Assembly (NCBI GenBank): GCA_977017575.1
Contig: CDRNVI010000039.1
Coordinates: 124,001 to 188,000, forward strand
Length of the DNA stretch: 64,000 nucleotides
Direction of reading: 5' to 3'
DNA from: Paramoeba atlantica
Taxonomy: Eukaryota > Protista > Discosea
This document shows positions 1 through 11,606 of this stretch, one piece after another. The translations under genes and the position numbers were made by a program. The notes beneath the pieces are model-generated. The model saw nothing but the letters and a program-made list of their open reading frames with translations. It searched no databases and had not been told where the DNA came from. Position 1 is the first letter of the stretch, and every line of letters starts with the position of its first letter.

Positions 1-323
1 ATGCGAAGTCTCTTGGTGCCCGCATGTCAAAAGAGCGACTTCTAGATGCAGTTGCAAAAGCCTACGAGTGGATGTCTTCATCAAAGCAAGTAAAGGCCAC
101 AGTCGCCGCTTGGGAGAAATGTGGTATTAACACTTCGACCTTGATTGACACCAACATTAATCAAGCATGTTCACGTCGCCATGAGCTATTCAATTTCGTT
201 TCTTCTGAACCAGAGGAGGAAACCAATGATTCTGATTTATTTGAAGTGGAAGAAGAACTAGACGTTCAATCTTCGGTGGGCTTTTATTGCCCAACGGAAT
301 CTGTTTCACCCAAGACGGGCTAA
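1..323 (+). pseudogene. C-terminal remnant of a pogo/CENP-B-like DDE transposase
   Basis: LLDAVAKAYEWM...VKATVAAWEKCGI followed by an acidic tail resembles the C-terminal helix/W..CGI motif of pogo/Tigger DDE_1 transposases. The 5' part is outside the window. Confidence 0.55.
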
Positions 324-335
324 TTAACTGCGCTT

Positions 336-790
336 CTTATTGCGGTGGTTGTAAAACTACCGCTCTACACTCGATTATTGAAAAAAAAGTGAACAAAAAC
401 AGTGAAAATATAAAGAGGCACACAGTAATATAATAGAAGAAAAAAATATAAAAGGGGCTCCGGTGGTCCAAAACTGAAAAAAAAAATGAAAAAAATGGGG
501 GGTCCATGGGGGGGTCCAGGGGGGGTCATGGTCGAGAATATGTTTTCGAAAAAATTAGATTTCGAAAAAAAACCGCAGAAAGGGTAGCCGGGGTCTTGGC
601 GCGCATTTTCCACCCCCCTACCCGGGGGTGACACCCCCGCGTATCCGCAGGACGGGTCCGCCAAGTTCGGATTTTTTCGGAAAAAAAGTTTTGAAAAAAA
701 ATTCAACTTGGCGACTTGATAACCCATTTTTGACTAAAAAAGGTGAAAAAGTATTTTTCGGACCTAAAGGGGCATTTTTGTGTCGAAAAA
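336..790. repeat. Composite dispersed repeat 'A' (non-autonomous element), first copy
   Basis: Core aaaaccgcagaaagggtagccggggtcttggcgcgcattttcc...gtatccgcaggacgggtccgccaagttcgg recurs at ~570(+), ~3620(-), ~7480(-), ~7925(+), ~9730 (partial), ~11300(-) and ~12000(-), with adjoining poly-G/poly-C and A-rich blocks. Confidence 0.9.
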
Positions 791-1085
791 AAAAAAATAT
801 CCAAATCATTCCCGATTGCTCCGGATGGTCACTGGCAAGCCAGACCCTTCACAGACAGATTTGGAAGTTCCGAGGCCGACGTCCTCTACCAGTTTCCGCT
901 TTTCCGAGGCGGCACCAACGTGCTGTTGCCAACACGCTGCGTCGACGAACTGTCCGTCAACACGGCTTACTCAAGAGGTGTAAGACGGGTAAGGGAGCTG
1001 GTTCACTGAGGGGAGGGTCCGGGACGGTCCTCCGAGTACTGGGCCTAGTCGGTTATCAGCCCAGCCTCTTAGAGTGAGGCCGCCG
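790..1085. repeat. GC-rich repeat block (copies at ~790-1085, ~1625-1920, ~4430-4740)
   Basis: Near-identical ~290-bp sequence in three copies; the third has its first ~215 bp inverted. Confidence 0.85.
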
Positions 1086-1381
1086 GGAATATTGCGATGA
1101 GCGGGTTTGAACTCGCCGTCTGAGCACCATGTGCTTCAAACTTTGAATTCTTGCCACTCCGCCACCTCCGCCGTGTCGAAAGAATGGTATGGTTGGAGTC
1201 GCATTCTCTACCCAATACGTTCGGTAGGCTTCCATTCATGCCTACGAGTGAGTTCCCAAGCGCAAATGTCGGATTTAGTGCTCTGAGAGCAAAAATACGC
1301 GAAAAAGACCCCATTTTTACCCGAAATTCGGCTATTTTTGGCTATAATCTTTCCGTTTTCCAGGCTGAGTTTTCTTTTTTA

Positions 1382-1476
1382 GGCTCTTCGTTAAACGGGG
1401 CGGTAGTTTTCAACGCGAAGAGCGCAGCATGAATGACTTCTAAGTTGAAAACAACCACCGCGTTTAACGAAGAGCC
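1382..1476. mobile_element. 95-bp TA-flanked foldback/MITE (GGCTCTTCGTTAAACG...CGTTTAACGAAGAGCC)
   Basis: ~31-bp inverted arms around a ~30-bp spacer, with TA on both sides. Other copies at ~3075, ~4140, ~6927 and ~8470, and a half copy at ~10772. Confidence 0.85.
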
Positions 1477-2134
1477 TAAAAAAGAATTGAAGTTAATCTC
1501 GTTTTCTGTCGGATCAAGTCGATCACCATCGACTTGGTCAGTGGGCACCACAGCGAGGCCTGCTCACAAGCACGATGAACAGACAGCATTGCCTCAGCCT
1601 TATCATAGACTTCGGCAAAAATCCAAAAAAAAAACCCAAATCATTCCGGATTGCTCCGGATGGTCACTGGCAAGCCAGACCCTTCACAGACAGATTTGGA
1701 AGTTTCGAGGCCGACGTCCTCTACCAGTTTCCGCTTGTCCAAGGCGGCACCAACGTGATGTTGCCAACACGCTGCGTCGACGAACTGTCCGTCAACACGG
1801 CTTACTCAAGAGGTGTAAGACGGGTAAGGGAGCTGGTTCACTGAGGGGAGGGTCCGGGACGGTCCTCCGAGTACTGGGCCTAGTCGGTTCTCAGCCCAGC
1901 CCTCAGAGTGAGGCCGCCTCTTAGACTTCGGCATTCGCATCACTATAATCCCCCACTCTTTTATTGAATCCACGGTTCCGGTGTTGGTTTCCCATGTTGC
2001 GGTTAATTAACTTTTGGTAGTGGTCAATCCCCGTTTTACGAATTTCATAAACCGCTCTCCGTGATATACCATATTTTGTAGTACTTCAGGTTCCTGTAGT
2101 ACTTGAGGTTACTTTCCTGTAGTACTTCAGGTTT

Positions 2135-3071
2135 TGTAGTACTTCAGGTTCCTATTCCTAAAAAAGGCGACCTGACACAAATTTCGAACTGGCGACCAAT
2201 CTGCCTCGTCAACAGCGAGGTAAAATTAATGAACGCAATGATTCTTCGAAGAATGAGACCAGCCATTGAACCGCTTCTAAGGGATAGTCAATTCGGATTT
2301 CGCCCGGAAAGGTCCACAGCAGGAGCGCAGAAAATACTTAATGATGTGAAGATAAGGTCGTCACGCAACAAGAGGAGGGTCGCAGTTGCATTCATGGATT
2401 TTGCTAAAGCTTTTCCTTCGGTATCTTTTTATGCAATCCGTGCTGCTCTTAAAGCTTTTCACGTCGGACCAGCGATCACTAGTATGATAATGTCACTGTA
2501 TTCCAATCTAAGAGGCATAGTCCAAACACCGTACGGCAATACGGATTCTTTCCCTATTGAAACAGGAATTCTCCAGGGAGACGTTCTTGCTCCTAATTTG
2601 TTTGTGCTTGTTATTGAAAGAATTCTTCACAAAGCGACCGATAACAAACCTCCAGGGATTCTGTTGAGGAGCAGCGGGACAAAAAGTAGGGGAATTCAAG
2701 AATTTCGATTGAAGGACATTTATTACGCAGACGATATTGCTCTTCTGGCGGAGACAAAACATGAAATATCCGAAATGATAGAAGCTACGGCTAATGAAGC
2801 ACAATATGCCAATCTAAGGGTTGCTGTGGGAAAACATAAGACTGCGTGGATGGCCTTCGGGAAGGTTCCCGGGGGAACAAGAGAACTTCGGGCGGGATAA
2901 ATGGGAAAGATTACTCTCGTGGATTCCTACCGACATCTTGGTCACCTTCAAGATGTTACGGCAGCATCCCCCATCAAAGATCGACTGAGATTAACATGGG
3001 CAGCGTTTCGCAAGCTTAATGGAATCTGGGCCTCACCACTGAGTGCTGCTACGAAATAGCGCCTGTTTGAT
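2135..3071 (+). pseudogene. Non-LTR retrotransposon reverse transcriptase fragment (RTE-like), 5'-truncated copy
   Basis: PIPKKGD..NWRPICL, QFGFRP, FMDFAKAF, GILQGD, YADD motifs. The frame continues past TAA (2898) as MGKITLVDSYRHLG...WAAFRKLNGIW..ATK*RLF. Confidence 0.9.
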
Positions 3072-4739
3072 TTAGGCTCTTCGTTAAACGCGGTGGTTGC
3101 TTTCAACTTAGAAGTCACTCATGCTGCACTCTTCGCGTTGAAAACTACCACCGCGTTTAACGAAGAGACTAAAAAAGAAAACTCAGCCTGGAAAACGGAA
3201 AGATTATAGCCAAAAATAGCCGAATATCGGGTAAAAATGGGGTCATTTTTGGATATTTTTGCTCTCAGAGCACTAAATCCGACATTTGCGCGTGGCACAT
3301 CACTCGTAGGCATGAATGGAAGCCTACCGAACGTATTGGGTAGAGAATGCGACTCCAACCATACCATTCTTTCGACACAAAAATGCCCCTTTAGGTCCGA
3401 AAAATACTTTTTCACCTTTTGTGGTCAAAAATGGGTCATTTTGAGGGGCCCACCACGGTTCTAAGAAGGGATACCTTGCGAAAACGCCTGCGGAGAAACC
3501 TAGTATAGATCCCAAACTATAATTAACAATAGGGAAAAGGGTTTTGGAAAAATATCTTTTTTGTCATTTTTTTCGCCAAGTTGAATTTTTTTTCAAATTT
3601 TTTTTTCTGAAAAAATCCGAACTTGGCGGACCCGTCCTGCGGATACGGGGGGGGGTCACCCCCGGGTAGGGGGCTGGAAAATGCGCGCCAAGACCCCGGC
3701 TACCCTTTCTGCGGTTTTTTTCGAAAACTAATTTTTTCGAAAAAATTTGCTCGACCATGACCGCCTGGATCACCCCCCCTGGACCCTCCACTGGACCCCC
3801 CCCTGGACCCCCCCCTGGACCCCCCATTTTTTTCAAATTTTTGTTTCAATTTTGGACCACGGGAGCCCCCTTTTATATTTTTTTCTTCTATTATATTACT
3901 GTGTTCCTCTTAATATTTTCACTGTTTTTGTTCACAAATACGCGAAAATCACCCCATTTTCATCTCTACGCAATACGTTCCGTAGGCTTCCATTCATGCC
4001 TATGAGTGATTTCCCACGCGCAAATGTCGGATTTAGTGCTCTGAGAGCAAAAATACGCGAAAATCACCCCATTTTTACCCGAAATTCGGCTATTTTTGGC
4101 TATAATCTTTCCGTTCTTCAGGCTAAATTTTCTTTTTTAGGCTCTTCGTTAAACGCGGTGGTGGTTTTCAACTCGGAGAGCGTAGCATGAGTGACTTCTA
4201 AGTTGAAAACAACCACCGCGTTTAACGAAGAGCCTAATTGAAAAAAAAGGGAACAAATACAGTGAAAATGTAAAGAGGAACACAGTAATATAATAGAAGA
4301 AAGAAATATAAAAGGGGGCTCCGGTGGTCCAAAACTGAAAAAAAAAATTGAAAAAAATGGGGGGTCCATGGGGGGGCTCCATGGGGGTCCATGGGGGGTC
4401 CATGGGGGAGGTCCAGGGGGGGGGTCATTTCACTGAGGGGAACCTTCAGGGAACCAGCTCCCTTACCCGTCTTAAACCTCTTGGGTAAGCCGTGTTGACG
4501 TACAGTTCGTCGACGCAGCGTGTTGACAACAGCACGTTGGTGCCGCCTTGGACAAGCGGAAACTGGTAGAGGACGTCGGCCTCGGAACTTCCAAATCTGT
4601 CTGTGAAGGGTCTGGCTTGCCAGTGACCATCCAGAGCGATCCGGAATGATTTGGATTTTTTTTTGGAGGGTCCGGGAAGGTCCTCCGAGTACTGGGCCTA
4701 GTCGGTTCTCAGCCCAGCCCTCAGAGCGAGGCCGCCTCT

Positions 4740-5349
4740 TAGACTTCGGCGTTCGCATCACTATAATCCCCCACTCTTTTATTGAATCCACGGTTCCGGT
4801 GTTGGTTTCCCATGTTGCGGTTAATTCACTTTTGGTAGTGGTCAATCCCCGTTTTACGAATTTCATAAACCGCTCTCCGTGATATACCATATTTTTGTTC
4901 GATTTGCTTTACAGAACTTTGAGATCTGCGAATTTCTCGTTTCTCGAATATAGTAAGTTCAGTACGCTGTCGTTTTTCCTGAACTGTTACCGTCGGGGTG
5001 TTGTTAATAATAAGGGATGTGCGCTCCGCTACTTGCGGTTGGGGAGGGAGATTCCGAAGCCAAGTGGTCAGAGGTCCACGCATAGAGTGAACTGTGGTCG
5101 GAACTCCGTCAGTATCTGACATAAGGGTGAAAAGTACGGGAGAAAGAGAGGAACAAGTATACAAATATATATTATCTCCACACACTAAATGCACATCAGA
5201 GGCTTAAAAGCACAAAGCCCTTTGAAGAAATTGGGTAAAAATAGGCAAAACATCTGCTCTCAAAAAAACGCTCCGAAAATTCAACATGGAATTTGTGCAT
5301 ATTAAGGGGGGGGGAGGGAAGGGGGTGCATATTAAAGGGGGGGTCACAG
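4740..5349 (-). mobile_element. Left end of a pogo-like DNA transposon with N-terminal HTH remnant
   Basis: ORF 4826-5194 ends in ELTIFEKREIRR..SVKQIEQKYGISRRAVYEIRK (psq/CENP-B-type HTH). The end TA|CTGTGACCCCCCCTTTAATATGCAC at 5349 has an internally repeated TAATATGCAC. Confidence 0.65.
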
Positions 5350-5351
5350 TA

Positions 5352-6923
5352 TCAGAAGCAATGGTTCACACTGCACAAAAACTATCGAGAAAAGGAGCAG
5401 CGACACCCCAAACGCAATTAATGACAGAAACAGCGATGAAATTTAATACGGAAACAAAATCGTCTCAAACTTCAGGATTTCGCGACTTGTTTCTGCAAAG
5501 CAGAAAACCAGACCACTTCAAAGAAGTTCTAAAAAAGCACGGAACAGAAATTGAGGCACAAATTCAAAAAGAATGTTCCGAGATTGAATATGGTTTAAGG
5601 AAAAATCGGTCTAATCCGTGGCGCACGCTGCGGAGGGTTTGCGGTTCATACAGGGACACCTTTCGCATAGAGACCTCATCGACGAGAGAGACACTTCATA
5701 TTGTGAAGGATTTCTTTGCGCGTATGGGCTCCGATGATCGTGGAGATAAAAACATTACCTTCGAAGCGGTGACCTCCATTAAAATACCGATAAATGATGA
5801 TATTTTTTCCATGGAAGAGCTAGAAGATGGAATAAGCCGGCTCGCGCGCAAGGAATGGGCGCCTGGAATAGATCAAATTCCTGCGGAAGTACTTGCGATT
5901 ATCACGGAACACAAGGATCTGAGAAACGTAATGTTAAATATCATCAATGAAGTTCACCGTAAAGGAGTTTCGCCCGAGTCCTGGAAGGTAGTACTTCAGG
6001 TTCCTATTCCTAAAAAAGGCGACCTGACACAAATTTCGAACTGGCGACCAATCTGCCTCGTCAACAGCGAGGTAAAATTAATGAACGCAATGATTCTTCG
6101 AAGAATGAGACCAGCCATTGAACCGCTTCTAAGGGATAGTCAATTCGGATTTCGCCCGGAAAGGTCCACAGCAGGAGCGCAGAAAATACTTAATGATGTG
6201 AAGATAAGGTCGTCACGCAACAAGAGGAGGGTCGCAGTTGCATTCATGGATTTTGCTAAAGCTTTTCCTTCGGTATCTTTTTATGCAATCCGTGCTGCTC
6301 TTAAAGCTTTTCACGTCGGACCAGCGATCACTAGTATGATAATGTCACTGTATTCCAATCTAAGAGGCATAGTCCAAACACCGTACGGCAATACGGATTC
6401 TTTCCCTATTGAAACAGGAATTCTCCAGGGAGACGTTCTTGCTCCTAATTTGTTTGTGCTTGTTATTGAAAGAATTCTTCACAAAGCGACCGATAACAAA
6501 CCTCCAGGGATTCTGTTGAGGAGCAGCGGGACAAAAAGTAGGGGAATTCAAGAATTTCGATTGAAGGACATTTATTACGCAGACGATATTGCTCTTCTGG
6601 CGGAGACAAAACATGAAATATCCGAAATGATAGAAGCTACGGCTAATGAAGCACAATATGCCAATCTAAGGGTTGCTGTGGGAAAACATAAGACTGCGTG
6701 GATGGCCTTCGGGAAGGTTCCCGGGGGAACAAGAGAACTTCGGGCGGGATAAATGGGAAAGATTACTCTCGTGGATTCCTACCGACATCTTGGTCACCTA
6801 CAAGATGTTACGGCAGCATCCCCCATCAAAGATCGACTGAGATTAACATGGGCAGCGTTTCGCAAGCTTAATGGAATCTGGGCCTCACCACTGAGTGCTG
6901 CTACGAAATAGCGCCTGTTTGAT
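5352..6923 (+). pseudogene. Non-LTR retrotransposon RT (RTE-like), longer copy, two in-frame stops, no endonuclease domain in window
   Basis: FSMEEL..I..L...APGIDQIPAEVL, NWRPICL, QFGFRPERST, DFAKAF, QGD, YADD and the thumb motif DSYRHLG. Stops TAA 6750-6752 and TAG ~6908 are identical to those in the 2.1-3.1 kb copy. Confidence 0.92.
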
Positions 6924-8619
6924 TTAGGCTCTTCGTTAAACGCGGTGGTTGCTTTCAACTTAGAAGTCACTCATGCTGCGATCTTCGCGTTGAAAACTAC
7001 CACCGCGTTTAACGAAGAGACTAAAAAAGAAAATTTAGCCTGGAAAACGGAAAGATTATAGCCAAAAATAGCCGAATATCGGGTAAAAATGGGGTCATTT
7101 TTGGATATTTTTGCTCTCAGAGCACTAAATCCGACATTTGCGCGTGGTACATCACTCGTAGGCATGAATGGAAGCCTACCGAACGTATTGGGTAGAGAAT
7201 GCGACTCCAACCATACCATTCTTTCGACACAAAAATGCCCCTTTAGGTCCGAAAAATACTTTTTCACCTTTTGTGGTCAAAAATGGGTCATTTTGAGGGG
7301 CCCACCACGGTTCTAAGAAGGGATACCTTGCGAAAACAACTACCGAGAAAGCTAGTATAGATCCCAAACTATCAAAATACAATAGGGGAAACGATTTTGG
7401 AAAAATATTTTTTTTGCCATTTTTTTCGCCAAGTTGAACTCTTTTTCAATTCTTTTTTTCGAAAAAATTCGAACTCGGCGGACCCGTCCTGCGGATACGG
7501 GGGGGGTCACCCCCGGGTAGGGGGCTGGAAAATGCGCGCCAAGACCCCGGCTACCATTTATGCGGTTTTGTTTCGAAAAAAATTGCTCGACCATGACCCC
7601 CCCATGGACCCCCCATTTTTTTCAAATTTTTTTGTCAGTTTTGGACCACCGGAGCCCCCTTTTATATATTTTTCTTCTATTGAGGGAGATACTACTCCCT
7701 CGCTACCGTAGGTTAATTGCGGTGGTTGTAAAACTACCGTTCTACCCTCGATTATTGAAAAAAAAGTGAACAAAAACAGTGAAAATATAAAGGGGAACAC
7801 AGTAATAAAATAGAAGAAAAAAATATAAAAGGGGGCTCCGGTGGTCCAAAACTGACAAAAAAATTTGAAAAAAATGGGGGATACAGTGGGGGTCATGGTT
7901 TTTCGAAAAAATTATTTTTCGAAAAAAAACCGCAGAAAGGGTAGCCGGGGTCTTGGCGCGCATTTTCCACCCTCCTACCCGGGGTTGACCCCCCCGCGTA
8001 TCCGCAGGACGGGTCCGCCAAGTTTGGATTTTTTCGGAATTTTTTTTTTGAAAAATTCAACTTGGCGAAAAAAATGACAAAAAAGATATTTTTCCAAAAT
8101 CGTTTCCCCTATTGTATTTTGATAGTTTGGAACCTACACTAGCTTTCTCCGCAGTTGTTTTCGCAAGGTATCCCTTCTTCTAACCGTGGTGCGCCCCTCA
8201 AAATGACCCATTTTTGACCACAAAAGGTGAAAAAGTATTTTTCGGACAACAAGGGGCATTTTTGTGTCGAAAGAATGGTATGGTTGGAGTCGCATTCTCT
8301 ACCCAATACGTTTGGTAGGCTTCCATTCCTACGAGTGATTTCCCAAGCGCAAATGTCGGATTTAGTGCTCTGAGAGCAAAAATACGCGAAAATCACCCCA
8401 TTTTTACCCGATATTCGGCTATTTTTGGCTATAATCTTTCCGTTTTCCAGGCTAAATTTTCTTTTTTAGTCTCTTCGTTAAACGCGGTGGTGGTTTTCAA
8501 CTCGGAGAGCGTAGCATGAGTGACTTCTAAGTTGAAAACAACCACCGCGTTTAACGAAGAGCCTAATTGAAAAAAAAGGGAACAAAAACAGTGAAAATAT
8601 AAAGAGGAACACAGTAATA

Positions 8620-9551
8620 AACCCCCGCTCACGAAAAGTGACCCCCCTCTTTTTTTTCGTACAAATGTCCGTTTGAGCTGATTTTTGTTGCATTTTGCAG
8701 ATCTCAACACAAGGACTTTGCGCGTGAAGAAATGAGACAAAAAGAAACGAATACGCACAATTTAGAGAAGAATTACCATTTTGTCACTTTTTCGCCCTTC
8801 AATCTTATACACTCCTTAAGTCCAGAATCAAAACTTAATACTGTTTTGTCGATCACTTTTTGAGTTAAAGAAGACCATGCTTTACGTACACATCGGATAA
8901 GTGAAGGTTTGTCCGATGGCGTTTGTTCGTCTACCGCCTCTTGGAACATAGACCAGACGTTTTCTATGGGGGAAAGGTCGGGCGAGTTGGGGGGCCAGTT
9001 TCTTAGAACATCACTCATTCGATTCTCAATATACTCTTTGGAGGCACGGGCAGTATGTGCCGTTGCTCTATCCTGTTGAAATACACTATTAGGGGGAAAT
9101 CTACCTGTTTTAATGTTTCTATGTACGTCTCACTTGTAATAGATGTGTCATTGTAGATGTCTCACTTGTAATAGATGGTCACAGGACTCAAAGTGTATTC
9201 CCCACTAGATTTTTTTTCGTTCTGATATTTTTTGATTATCCTTCTAGAGACGTTAAAATCACGGGATAATTGTTTAATCGGAACACCTTCTGCCTGTCTC
9301 ATCTTCAAAAGAACCTTACCACAATCCGTAAGCCCCCTTTTGGGAGCCGATATGGTGATTTGGTCATTTTTGGAAAAAAAAGTTGAAAAACCAATTATGT
9401 TTTTGTGACTAAATTTTAAAATTTTAATATCAGCTAAAAACAGCGGGAACGTATAGATCTCGAAATTTTGAACGAAACAGTGGTATGATAACCCACCCAC
9501 GCCCCTCTGTGCTAAAAATAAGGGGGGGTCACTTATTCGTGAGCGGGGGTT
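8620..9551 (-). mobile_element. Internally deleted Tc1/mariner-type transposon (932 bp)
   Basis: ~28-bp TIRs AACCCCCGCTCACGAA(T)AAGTGACCCCCC with a TA duplication (8618-19, 9552-53). Carries WPPNSPDLSPIENVW (DDE C-terminus, 8773-9018) and an HTH remnant (VPIKQLSRDFNVSRRII, ~9200-9330). Confidence 0.9.
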
Positions 9552-9844
9552 TATAATAGAAGAAAGAAATATAAAAGGGGGCTCCGGTGGTCCAAAAAAA
9601 AAAAAAATTTGATAAAATGGGGGGTCCATGGGGGGGGTCCATGGGGGAGGTCCAGGGGGGGGTGCAGGGGGGGGTCCAGGGGGGGGTCATGGTCGAGCAA
9701 ATTTTTTCGAAAAAATTAGTTTTCGAAAAAAAACCGCAGAAAGGGTAGCCGGGGTGATTTCCCACGCGCAAATGTCGGATTTAGTGCTCTGAGAGCAAAA
9801 ATACGCGAAAATGACCCCATGTTTACCCGAAATTCGGCTAGTTT

Positions 9845-9905
9845 AGGGAGATACTACTCTTTTTAGGGAGATACTACTCTTTTATGGAGATACTACTCCC
9901 TCGCT
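9845..9905 (+). repeat. Three tandem copies of ggagatactactc preceding TA|CCGTAGGTTAATT
   Basis: Read directly. The same gagatactactccctcgctaccgtaggttaatt junction occurs at ~7686-7716. Confidence 0.8.
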
Positions 9906-10190
9906 ACCGTAGGTTAATTCGTCGTGCCCGATTTCGTGCCGATATCGTTTCAGGTGAGTTTTCGAAAAAAATGTTTACAAAGACGTATGAATCGAATTTA
10001 GTGACAAGATCACTAGTTTTTCAACAATTCCGATGGGTACCCCCTGCCCCCCCCACCTCCCCACCAGGGTGATCAAAGCAATTTCTGAAATTTTGAAAAA
10101 AAAACTAAAAATTTATGGGTGAAAGTGAAAAAATATAATTTTCCCAAATCAACTCCTAAACCGTTTTTTGAGAGTTTGGGGCCTGATATA

Positions 10191-10506
10191 CACCCCCGCC
10201 AAAAAGTATTGTAATTTATTAGTATCGACCACGAATATTTGGTCGATACTAATAAATACAATACGTTTTGTCGATTTCCACGAGTTGCTACTGGCTTCCA
10301 AAAAGTTGGACTTTGTCATATGAGATCCTTGTAAACGTATATCACGATCAAGTGGCCGCGTATATCAGAACTCATTATGTAAATTTCTGGAAAGTTCGAG
10401 AAAAAAACTAAAATTCTGGTCAAAACTCAAAAAAATGGTCGATACTAATAAATACAATACTTTTTGTGTCGGCTATTTTTGTGGACAATACTTTTTGGCG
10501 GGGGTG
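10191..10506. mobile_element. 316-bp MITE, Tc1/mariner-type
   Basis: Perfect 22-bp TIR CACCCCCGCCAAAAAGTATTGT with TA on both sides, and an internal hairpin ttattagtatcgacca..tggtcgatactaataa. Confidence 0.9.
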
Positions 10507-10830
10507 TACGTGTATACGCTTTGATTTCATTCGATAGTTCTTCACTCTGCCATGGTAATACACCTACAGAGTCCAAAATGTACCTGGAAGTGTGTGACAC
10601 GCAAGGCCGTAGAGGAAGGAGGGGGCGCAAGGCAAAAAGGCTGAAGGCGGAGCCTTCTGTTTTCCCGCGCGCAAATGTCGGATTTAGTGCTCTGAGAGCA
10701 AAAATACCCGAAAATCGGCTATTTTTGACTACACCCTTTTCCTCAGTTTTCCAGACCAATTTTTCTTTTTTAGGCTATTCGTTAAGCGGGGTGGTAGTTT
10801 TCAACGCGAAGCGCGCAGCATGAGTGACTA

Positions 10831-10943
10831 ACCCGGGGTGCGGATTAATATTTAAATTCCGATTTAAATATTAACCCGCAATATAAATATTAAAGCAAAT
10901 TTAAATATTAATCCGCATTTAAATATTATTCCGCACCCCTGGT
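10831..10943. mobile_element. 113-bp AT-rich MITE
   Basis: TIR ACC(C/A)GGGGTGCGGA(T/A)TAATATTTAAA with TA flanks and an interior of atttaaatatt repeats. It directly follows a truncated foldback. Confidence 0.8.
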
Positions 10944-11470
10944 TACACTGCGTTCACTTTTTCGAGAAAAAAAATTGAAAAAAAAATTCTCCTGAATTTG
11001 TTTTTATTGCGATCTTGAGCAAATAATATTTTTTTTTCGATTTGTTTAGTAAAATGTCGATGTCGGGAAGGCCCCTTGGGGATCGAGAAATACTTTTTCA
11101 CCCTTTTTAGTCAAAAATGGACCATTGTCGCGGGCATACCACGGCTCGAAGAAGAGATAGCTTGCGAAAACACATGCACAGAAATATAGTATAGGTCCCA
11201 AACTATCAAAATACAATAGGGGAAACGATTTTGGAAAAATTTTTTTTTGCCATTTTTTTCGCCAAGTTGAACTCTTTTTCAAATTTTTTTTCCGAAAAAA
11301 TCCGAACTTGGCGGACCCGTCCTGCGGATACGAGGCGAGGTCACCCCCGGGTAGGGGGCTGGAAAATGCGCGCCAAGACCCCGGATACCCCTTCTTCGGG
11401 TTTGTTTCGAAAAATAATTTTTTCAAAAAAAATTCTTATAGGGTATGCCCCCCCTAGAATAGAAAAAAGG

Positions 11471-11551
11471 AAACAACTACCACCTTCCCCCCTATTTAGC
11501 GGGAGTAGCGCGAGCGACCCCTGATAAATGGGGGGAAGGTGGTAGTTGTTT
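11471..11551. repeat. ~80-bp inverted repeat (aaacaactaccaccttccccc ... gggggaaggtggtagttgttt)
   Basis: Near-perfect ~27-bp arms read directly. Confidence 0.85.
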
Positions 11552-11606
11552 TGGGGAATATGAGAGGAAGAAGGAAGAGTTATATCATCAGGGATGATTT
11601 AACATA

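Noticed and set aside
1840-1915. Hammerhead or HDV-like ribozyme in the GC-rich block
   Set aside because: Stems can be drawn, but the CUGANGA/GAAA/UH core and the HDV nested pseudoknot are not satisfied.
6750-6910. Stop-codon reassignment or read-through in the RT (TAA, TAG in frame)
   Set aside because: Host genes in the window terminate at normal stops and have no in-frame stops; the shared lesions are explained by duplication.
5352-6923. RT as a group II intron, retron, DGR or CRE/SLACS site-specific element
   Set aside because: Motifs (APG.D.IP, QFGFRP, thumb SYRHLG..AF.KL..IW) fit eukaryotic RTE-like LINEs; no intron structure, template/variable repeat pair or SL array is adjacent.
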